A DNA stretch of 14,926 nucleotides from Thermoplasmata archaeon (GTDB lineage: Archaea > Thermoplasmatota > Thermoplasmata > GCA-020350865), in NCBI GenBank assembly GCA_020348445.1, contig CP070751.1, positions 3,169,315-3,184,240 on the forward strand, given 5' to 3'. Shown in pieces: positions 6,226 to 13,320 of the stretch; within the stretch, counting starts at the first letter, position 1; every line of letters begins with the position of its first letter. Under the pieces are notes generated by a model. It was not told where the DNA came from and ran no database searches. It saw only the letters and a program-made list of their open reading frames with translations. A program made the position numbers and the translations under genes.

Positions 6226-9039
6226 ACGAATAAAAGACTAGCCTCGATTGAAATCGTATGCCTGGTAATCACCGCAGGATTTCTGGTTTTCATCACTTCT
6301 GAATCGGAGATCGTGAGCGCGACCAACGTATGGTACGTGGGTTCGGGCTTTGGTAACCACTCGGGTACGATAAATGGCGGTATAAGTCTTGCAAGTGATG
6401 GGGATACGGTTTTCGTACATAGCGGAACATATTACGAGAATGTGATTGTAGATAAAACAATAAACCTGACTGGCGAAGATAGGGATAGCACGATAATTGA
6501 TGGGGGTGGGTATGGGGATACGGTAACGGTTATTGTTGATTGGGTGATTATTTCGGGTTTTACTGCCATTGGAAGCAGTGATGAGTGGGATGATGGAGGA
6601 ATAAAGCTTGATATGGTCCAAAACTGTAGGGTCTTTGACAACAACGCATCGGGCTGGAGAAATGGTATCATCCTCCTTTACTCTCACTATAATATCCTCG
6701 CCGATAACATCGGCATCCAGAATAGAGCGCCTTTAGGAGCAATTGGAAATGGCTTATATTTGTTATCTTCCAGCAACAATATCATTATCAACAACACTTT
6801 CTCTACCTGGAATAGAGGCATCTATCTTGGAGCGTCACACGAAAATATCATAAAATGCAACAATTGTTCTTATAATGGGGATGGCATCATGATCAGCGAG
6901 TCCAGCAACAACATTATCGCCAATAACGCCATCTTCAGGAACCCGGTGAGTGGCATTGTAATCACTCATTGCAGTAACGGCTACAATACCATCATCGGTA
7001 ACACCATATTCTCGAATGGGAACGGCATCTGGGTTTATGAATCCAGCTACAACACCATAATCGGTAACACCATCTCCTCGAATGAGGACGGCATCTGGAT
7101 CCGTTATCATGCTAGCTACAACACCTTCATCGGTAACAGCATCTCCTCGAACTGGTACGGTATCCACATCGATTGGTCCAGCTACAACACCATCATCAGT
7201 AACACCATCGTCTCGAGTATATATCACGGCATTTATATCCATCACGACGGTTACAACACAATTTATCATAACGCCTTCACCGATAACAATGGCAGCGGTG
7301 TTCAAGGGTTAGACTATGTAGGTACCAACATTTTGAACGATAGTTATCCCAGCGGAGGAAATTACTGGAGCGATTGGACAACTCCGGATATGGCAAGCGG
7401 TCCGAATCAAAACCTGCCTGGACCTGATGGTATAGTTGATTTTCCTTATCTTCTTGACGGAGGCTCAGGTGCAATGGATTATTATCCTCTGACGACCCCA
7501 CCACCTGATGTGGAAATACCTGATCTGGAAGTAAAAAACAGTGATATAGTCTTTGATCCATCAAGTCCAGTGGGAAATGGCACAATAGTTACGATCAACG
7601 CGACGATTCACAACATGGGTCTTGACGAAGTCAGGGATATTATTGTTAGGTTCTATAATGGCGATCCAAACATGCCCGGAAGTTATCAGATAGGGAGTGA
7701 TAAATATATACCTTCAATCGATGGTGGAAGTAATGCGATTGTTGATGTTCAGTGGAATGCTAGTCCCGATGGCATCCATAATATCTATGTCGTTGTCGAT
7801 CCCGATAATACGATCATAGAAATAAAAGAATGTAATAATGTCGCCTTTAAAGCTCTCGAAGTGATAGAACGCGATAATATACCCCTGACGCTTTACATCA
7901 AAGCAGTGGGAGAAAATATCGTCCTCAACTGGACACAATCTGGAACACAAGGACTGGCATACTACCTAATCTACCGCGCAACTTCACAAACAGGATTTGA
8001 TTTCTCTTCTTTCTGGGTAAATACCTCCTTTCATGATGACAATGGTACCATTCCCCATAGAACCACCTGGAACGACACATATGCTGCATTGGGGAATGCC
8101 TCACAAGAATACTACTATACAATAAGACCTGTTTATGAGAACGGTGATATCGGACCCTCTTCAAGGACAGTTGGAAAATGGACAACGACCTTTTTACCCG
8201 GTGTTTCGACACTAGCCCTCCCACTTGAGCCCCTACAATCAATATGGACCGATAATTTCACGACGGATACAAAAGCTGATTATATCAAATACATGGATCC
8301 CGTGACCCACATGTGGCGGCAGCATGATCTTGGGGACGGCAATAATAACAATACAAAGATGAGATTGGGAGAAGGTTATGAAATCAAGTTCAGCAACAAG
8401 GCAAACTATACCTTTTGCGGGCTGCCTGCTGCCATGATCATTTTCAAAGATGACAAGAGTTTCTTAGGATTTGACCCGATGTTCGAAGCACAGAACCTTG
8501 AAGTTACAATCAGTCCTGATGGGGATGTGAGCTTGACCTGGCAGGAACCTCTAACTATGGCCCCCGGAGATTATTACGAGATTTATTATTCAAATACAAG
8601 GGATGGCTTTTTTAAAGACATTGATAATAATTATTATCGGGTTGAACCTCCTATAGATTTTGGAACCAATACCACCACCCATGTCGGTGCAGGGGCAAAC
8701 AATCCCGGATCGAGGCTGTATTACATGGTGGTTCCTTTCAATGCCCTCGATATCCAAGGGGCGAGCACCTACAGCGTGGGAATCTGGACCGAGGAATATT
8801 CTGAGGGATACGATACGATGGGGATACCGCTGAAACTGGATGTGAACCATACTGCTGATTGGTATTGCGACAATATACCAGATTGCGTTGGAATCAACTA
8901 TTTTAATAACAGCAAGCAGCGGTGGTATTGGCATTCAACTGTAATGCCCGAAGGTGCTTTCGATACTGTTTTGAAGATGACGGAGGGATATCAGATATCG
9001 ACTTCAGATACCACGAAATTCACTTTTATTGGGAAATAA
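6226..9039 (+). CDS. Secreted beta-helix (NosD-type) + CARDB + 2x (FN3-like + divergent GWN-type repeat) surface protein; putative ACG start
   Basis: Track ORF is 6313..9039, but the frame is open back to TAA 6211 and encodes a full signal peptide (T/M)NKRLASIEIVCLVITAGFLVFITSESEIVSA. A CARDB-like block PDLEVKNSDIVF...IYVVVDPDNTIIEIKECNN spans ~7519-7860. FN3-like blocks are IVLNW...YYLIYR...YYYTIRPV and VSLTW...YYEIYYS...YYMVVPF. The CDS is confident; the start position is less so. Confidence 0.9.
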   Translation, partial: TNKRLASIEIVCLVITAGFLVFITSESEIVSATNVWYVGSGFGNHSGTINGGISLASDGDTVFVHSGTYYENVIVDKTINLTGEDRDSTIIDGGGYGDTVTVIVDWVIISGFTAIGSSDEWDDGGIKLDMVQNCRVFDNNASGWRNGIILLYSHYNILADNIGIQNRAPLGAIGNGLYLLSSSNNIIINNTFSTWNRGIYLGASHENIIKCNNCSYNGDGIMISESSNNIIANNAIFRNPVSGIVITHCSNGYNTIIGNTIFSNGNGIWVYESSYNTIIGNTISSNEDGIWIRYHASYNTFIGNSISSNWYGIHIDWSSYNTIISNTIVSSIYHGIYIHHDGYNTIYHNAFTDNNGSGVQGLDYVGTNILNDSYPSGGNYWSDWTTPDMASGPNQNLPGPDGIVDFPYLLDGGSGAMDYYPLTTPPPDVEIPDLEVKNSDIVFDPSSPVGNGTIVTINATIHNMGLDEVRDIIVRFYNGDPNMPGSYQIGSDKYIPSIDGGSNAIVDVQWNASPDGIHNIYVVVDPDNTIIEIKECNNVAFKALEVIERDNIPLTLYIKAVGENIVLNWTQSGTQGLAYYLIYRATSQTGFDFSSFWVNTSFHDDNGTIPHRTTWNDTYAALGNASQEYYYTIRPVYENGDIGPSSRTVGKWTTTFLPGVSTLALPLEPLQSIWTDNFTTDTKADYIKYMDPVTHMWRQHDLGDGNNNNTKMRLGEGYEIKFSNKANYTFCGLPAAMIIFKDDKSFLGFDPMFEAQNLEVTISPDGDVSLTWQEPLTMAPGDYYEIYYSNTRDGFFKDIDNNYYRVEPPIDFGTNTTTHVGAGANNPGSRLYYMVVPFNALDIQGASTYSVGIWTEEYSEGYDTMGIPLKLDVNHTADWYCDNIPDCVGINYFNNSKQRWYWHSTVMPEGAFDTVLKMTEGYQISTSDTTKFTFIGK
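6980..7265 (+). repeat. Five tandem 66/69-nt beta-helix coil repeats inside gene 4
   Basis: GCTACAA(T/C)ACC-type units start at 6980, 7046, 7115, 7181 and 7250, each encoding YNT(I/F)(I/Y).N. Confidence 0.85.
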
Positions 9040-9208
9040 TATCGGATAAGATATAAATAGCATTTGACTATTTTAAATTTGGAAAAAATTACGAGATTCA
9101 TTCAAACGTCACGAAGATTTGTATCGTTCTCATATGATATTCTATATAAGGTTTTTCTGGATATAAAAATAAAAGACAATTCATTACTCCCCAGTTCCGT
9201 CAAAAAAA

Positions 9209-9691
9209 TCAACGAACTGTTTTTTTTATATTTTTTAGAGATACAATATCAAGTGTACCATCCTTTTTTAAGTTTGTATAGATATCCATCTCTATAATTC
9301 CCTGGTAAATTTTCTTTTTCTCTAAATAAGGCGTTATATTCTTTAATTTCATTGTTTTCAATGTATCATTTGATAGCTTCAATGTAATCGATAAGTTTGA
9401 TAATCCTTTTTCTAATTCTCGTGCATATTTTTTTCCATCATCTGTGAGAAAATAATATTTAATTTTTCTTTTACCACATTTTGTGTGTCCAACACCTTCT
9501 TGAATATAACCCTCTTCTATCAATTTATTAAGTGGTCTGTGTATATATCCACGTTTTATATTAACATTCTGGGCAATACCAATCTGTGTTAATTCGAAAG
9601 GTAAATCAAATAGACTTATAGAACTATGATAGTTCAACAGATGGAGGAGAATCCTCATATCTGCTGAAATAAGGCTGTTGTGCCGTTGCAT
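9209..9691 (-). CDS. Winged helix-turn-helix (MarR-like) DNA-binding protein, putative transcription regulator
   Basis: RILLHLL...ELTQIGIAQNVNIKRGYIHRPLNKLIEEGYI...KRKIKYYFLTDDGKKYA is a typical wHTH with wing and LTxxG motif. ATG 9691 follows GAGG; the track start TTG 9718 is the alternative. Confidence 0.85.
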   Translation of the reverse strand: MQRHNSLISADMRILLHLLNYHSSISLFDLPFELTQIGIAQNVNIKRGYIHRPLNKLIEEGYIQEGVGHTKCGKRKIKYYFLTDDGKKYARELEKGLSNLSITLKLSNDTLKTMKLKNITPYLEKKKIYQGIIEMDIYTNLKKDGTLDIVSLKNIKKTVR

Positions 9692-9880
9692 TTTTGTCAA
9701 TCCTCGCAAATATCGCAACAGTCTGACTATTTCTATAGGGATGGTTAGAGATAAAAAATATTACCGAAATTCCATGGTCAGATCGAAACTGATCTTTATA
9801 TATTACCTCAGCAGGTATCTCATTATAATCGCTCGCAATATTTTATACCTCACCCTTAGATTTTTTAGTATTTTAAGTTG

Positions 9881-9895
9881 TATAAAAACCCTTCG
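9881..9895 (-). promoter_or_regulatory. Putative BRE/TATA promoter of the wHTH gene
   Basis: The - strand reads CGAAGGG TTTTTATA, about 190 nt upstream of ATG 9691. Confidence 0.45.
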
Positions 9896-10217
9896 TAAAA
9901 ATTTGTACAAAACTTATTTATATGAGAACATTTGAAAACTCTAATCAGCCTACAATAAAAGAACTTTTAGATTGTATCGCTCCATGCAAAATAATCGCGG
10001 CTATCTGACCCGAAAATTTTTCCTTAAGATGGGATTGGGGTACATTCTTCAAAATAGAAAATATGTCCGATAGATGAAGATTATCGAGTTAATTGAACAA
10101 TAAAAATATATCATGAAACTAGAAACAGTTTTGGATTTTATTAAGTATGCTCTATACTTAATCAGTTTTATTGATGATAGAGTCTGGATAGTATCTTTAT
10201 TTTTTCGAATCTTTTGC

Positions 10218-10270
10218 CTATATATACCTTTCTATCAACTGGCTACTTTTCTAATATATAAAACCTTTTA
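10218..10270 (-). promoter_or_regulatory. Two leftward BRE/TATA-like elements
   Basis: The - strand reads TAAAAGGTTTTATATATT (10270-10253) and TAGAAAGGTATATATAG (10234-10218). The latter shares 13 nt (AAAGGTATATATA) with the promoter at 5277-5289. Confidence 0.4.
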
Positions 10271-10297
10271 GTTCATGAACCAAAAAGGTATTTATAG
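10266..10297 (+). promoter_or_regulatory. Archaeal BRE/TATA promoter with overlapping palindrome
   Basis: CAAAAAG (10281-10287) then GTATTTATAG (10288-10297). TTTT-A-GTTCA|TGAAC-C-AAAA (10266-10285) has one mismatched pair. Confidence 0.65.
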
Positions 10298-10380
10298 AGG
10301 GGGTGAGCACTATATTATCGCTACAAGCTCTTTGAGCAGATGACGTTGCTGTAGTAAGGGGAGGTGACAAAAAGGCGGGA

Positions 10381-10494
10381 GAGGAAGGACAATAATACGA
10401 TATTCCAGTTGAAACTTTCTAGAACCAGCCCTTTGACATTTTTGGGCTCTGATATGGCAGGCGCCGAGGTGGGGCGCGACGATATAAATACCAA
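10381..10494 (+). repeat. Conserved leader element, copy 2
   Basis: Aligns to 5402-5513 with the same three identical blocks. Confidence 0.9.
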
Positions 10495-10516
10495 CAAGAA
10501 AAGGAGGTGAGAAAGA

Positions 10517-11017
10517 ATGAAAAGAATTATTACAATATTGGGAACATTACTAACCGTAATAGTTCTGATGAGTGGATCAGCAGTCGCCCAACCAACATGG
10601 CATTATGCAGTTGATGTAGCAGATTCCGAAGACTGTACGAACCCAGATTGGGCACTCGGTGCGCCAAATCCTTATGATGCTGCCCTTGGGACGAACGGTC
10701 TCGATCCCAAACTCGGATGGATGTTACTCGATCTGGGTAGCGGCAATGAGATGGGGGCCAGCCAAGACTTCACGGTGTATGCCAGCTCTTCTGTGCTTGA
10801 GTATTATCGGTTATATATATGGACTGGTGAGGCTAAAGATCCCCTGTACCCAGAGGATGGTTGGCTCAGGGATGATACACAGGACTATGGTTTTACTACG
10901 CCATCGACCCCAGGAATGGAATGGCGCTATTTCCATTTTGTTGGGATATCAGGGATATGTGATCCAGGGGATCCATACTACGGAGCGGATATAGATGCAG
11001 TCGGCTGGTACGGGTAG
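10517..11017 (+). CDS. Small secreted acidic protein (YGADIDAVGW C-terminus), paralog of 5551..6066
   Basis: 166 aa with SD AGGAGGTGA (10502-10510) and signal MKRIITILGTLLTVIVLMSGSAVA. Shares NPD.A.G, LG..LLDLG, A.QDFTVY, TPSTP, WRY and IDAVGW motifs with its paralog. Confidence 0.9.
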   Translation: MKRIITILGTLLTVIVLMSGSAVAQPTWHYAVDVADSEDCTNPDWALGAPNPYDAALGTNGLDPKLGWMLLDLGSGNEMGASQDFTVYASSSVLEYYRLYIWTGEAKDPLYPEDGWLRDDTQDYGFTTPSTPGMEWRYFHFVGISGICDPGDPYYGADIDAVGWYG

Positions 11018-11083
11018 AAGAGATTGACATTGTTCTGAACAAAGCTCGTAGTTACTAAGATAAGAAAAGCTCCTAAACATCTC

Positions 11084-11102
11084 TTTATTTTTTCCTTTTT
11101 TT
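11084..11102 (+). terminator. Putative oligo-T archaeal terminator
   Basis: TTTATTTTTTCCTTTTTTT lies about 70 nt after the stop, in the same position as the T-tract at 6136-6150. Confidence 0.5.
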
Positions 11103-11128
11103 GGGGTAAAAAACGAAAGGTGTATAAG
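11096..11128 (+). promoter_or_regulatory. Putative BRE/TATA promoter of gene 11188..13113
   Basis: CGAAAG (11114-11119), G, then TGTATAAG (11121-11128); homologous to 6162-6176. Confidence 0.55.
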
Positions 11129-11187
11129 GAATAAAAGCAATATAAGTAATAATAGCGGTTTAAATTACACGAAATAGAGGAGAGGTT

Positions 11188-13113
11188 GTGTTACAAATTA
11201 ATAATAACTACATGAGGAGAGATCATGGGTTAAAATTGGTAAAACACCTATCAGTTATGGTTAGTATACTTTTTGTTATAACAATTGTTACGTTCGTTGT
11301 TCCTAATAAAAATCTAATATCAATTGCAAGTGGTGGCATTATTTATGTAAATACTACCGGTTCTGGAGGGGCTTATATGAGTATACAGGATGCAATTGAT
11401 GCAGCTAAGGATGGGGATACGGTGTATGTATACAATGGGACCTATTACGAACACATATTAATAGAAAAAAGCATTAACTTAACAGGCGAGAACATTCTTG
11501 GTATGCGACCTATTATTGATGGGTGCGGGGATCCTTACGTAGTTTATGTGAGTAATGTAAATTACTTCAATATGAGCTGGTTTGAGGTGATAAATAGCAG
11601 TATAGGCTCGAGTCATTCAGGTATATTAATAATTTCATCATCGAACGTAAATATCAGTAACAATATAGTTCATGATTGTTGTTTTGGAATTCGTATTTAC
11701 TCGTCATCTTCATTCATAAATATTCAAGGGAATGAGATTTATAACAATGTGAATGGTATCTGGACCACGGATTCATCAAACAATACTTACATAAACAATA
11801 CAGTTCACGATCAAATAAAATCAGGAGGAGTCGGAGGCACTGGTATCTTTTTTTCGGGAACTCCATACTCCAACAACAAAATTATAGGAAATATTGTATA
11901 CAATAATGAAGCCGATGGGATACACCTTGAAGACCAAACTTCCAATGACGAATTCATATTTTGGAATAATAGCATCATTTACAATACCGTCTACAACAAC
12001 GCACTTGATGGCATATCCATAGTGCAAGGAACAAATAATTTCGTTATTGACAATGTCGTTCATCACGATGGATTAGGTAGCATCAACCCAAGTGGCGGTA
12101 TCCGACTTAGCTCATCCTTAAACAATGTTATCACAGGAAACACATTGCACAATAACGAGCACGGCATTATGCTTACACTAACATTTAGCGGTCGACCTTC
12201 TAAGAATAACACTGTTGCTAACAACACCTGCTCTAACAACGAGTATGGCATCTATCTCGATCGTTCCGACGAAAACAACATCATTGGCAATACCGTCCTC
12301 TCGAACACCGATTATGGTATCTATTTATCAGATTCAAGTGAAAATGTATTTCACCACAACGACATCACAAGCAATATGAATCAGGTGTATTTGGATACCA
12401 CTAATTGTTTCAATAACATTTGGGACGACAGCATGGGTGAAGGTAACTATTGGAGCGATTATTCTGGTCTGGATGATGGCAGCAATGGTCGCACTGCGGG
12501 CGATGGTGTTGGGGATACCGAGATACCCCATCCTTTTATTGATCAAGGAGAGGGGTATTATCAACTGGATAACTACCCGTTAGTAGTTCCCATTGGAAAT
12601 TACATCTTTTTATATGAGGGTTGGAATCTTATCTCAATCCCGTATATTCAATCCAACACAAGCGTAGGCGACGTTCTATCTTCAATAAACGGTTCATACA
12701 AAGCAGTACAATATTATAATGCAATGGATAATAACGACCATTGGAAGCATAATTGTTCCTTAAAACCATCTCATTTGAACGATTTTCATGACATAGACCA
12801 CACCATGGGCTTTTGGATATATATCACCGAGCAAGGTGGTGCTCTATTCGAATACTTTGGAAGCCCACCCTTCGAAAACCAGATAATTACCCTATATCCT
12901 GGTTGGAATATTGTAGGGTATCCATCTTCGAGCAATAAGACCAGAACCGAGGCTTTGAACAACATAATTTTTGATCAAGATCTTAATGCGATCTGGACCT
13001 ACGATGCCTCGACCCAAACTTGGGATGAAATCGAGGAATTCGATTATTTCGAGGTGGGAAGAGGATACTATATTCACTCAAAGCATGAGCGGATTTGGGA
13101 TGTTCCCCCATAA
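11188..13113 (+). CDS. Secreted parallel beta-helix (NosD/CASH-type) surface protein with duplicated GWN C-terminal module
   Basis: 641 aa. GTG start follows GAGGAGAGG (11177-11185). Has a signal peptide, SIQDAIDAAKDGDTV cap, coils, GNYWSD linker and GWNLISIP/GWNIVGYP repeats. Confidence 0.93.
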   Translation: MLQINNNYMRRDHGLKLVKHLSVMVSILFVITIVTFVVPNKNLISIASGGIIYVNTTGSGGAYMSIQDAIDAAKDGDTVYVYNGTYYEHILIEKSINLTGENILGMRPIIDGCGDPYVVYVSNVNYFNMSWFEVINSSIGSSHSGILIISSSNVNISNNIVHDCCFGIRIYSSSSFINIQGNEIYNNVNGIWTTDSSNNTYINNTVHDQIKSGGVGGTGIFFSGTPYSNNKIIGNIVYNNEADGIHLEDQTSNDEFIFWNNSIIYNTVYNNALDGISIVQGTNNFVIDNVVHHDGLGSINPSGGIRLSSSLNNVITGNTLHNNEHGIMLTLTFSGRPSKNNTVANNTCSNNEYGIYLDRSDENNIIGNTVLSNTDYGIYLSDSSENVFHHNDITSNMNQVYLDTTNCFNNIWDDSMGEGNYWSDYSGLDDGSNGRTAGDGVGDTEIPHPFIDQGEGYYQLDNYPLVVPIGNYIFLYEGWNLISIPYIQSNTSVGDVLSSINGSYKAVQYYNAMDNNDHWKHNCSLKPSHLNDFHDIDHTMGFWIYITEQGGALFEYFGSPPFENQIITLYPGWNIVGYPSSSNKTRTEALNNIIFDQDLNAIWTYDASTQTWDEIEEFDYFEVGRGYYIHSKHERIWDVPP

Positions 13114-13250
13114 AATTTTATAGAAGAGATGAAAAAGAAGGTATTTGAAAGGTGAAGGAAAATAACTTTATTTATTCACTCTCTACCACAACAACCTTCA
13201 ATGGCAATAGTAAATTCTTTAGATTCTTCTGATTTATTCTCCATTCTCAG

Positions 13251-13262
13251 AATCTTTATATA
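13251..13262 (+). promoter_or_regulatory. Putative TATA box of the last beta-helix gene
   Basis: TTTATATA at 13255-13262, about 50 nt upstream of AGGAGG (13309-13314). Confidence 0.5.
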
Positions 13263-13320
13263 TACACATAACCATATTAAATAAGTAAATTTAGATTTTG
13301 CAGGATAAAGGAGGGGGCGT

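Noticed and set aside
9064-9935. Track ORFs 9064..9297 (+) and 9678..9935 (+)
   Set aside because: They overlap the wHTH gene or its promoter on the opposite strand, have no SD, and have low-complexity AT-driven composition.
11031-11041. TGTTCTGAACA palindrome, plus GATCGAGTTCGATC (5156-5169) and TTCAATGAA (5212-5220), as one operator family with GTTCATGAAC
   Set aside because: Spacers are inconsistent and the sites are not in equivalent positions relative to promoters. Short palindromes are expected by chance.
11212-11230. Twin-arginine (Tat) signals (MRRDH; WRREK at ~13339; MRRFI at 5551)
   Set aside because: They lack the RRxFLK consensus and RR is not kept in paralogs (RGD, KRII), so Sec export is more plausible.
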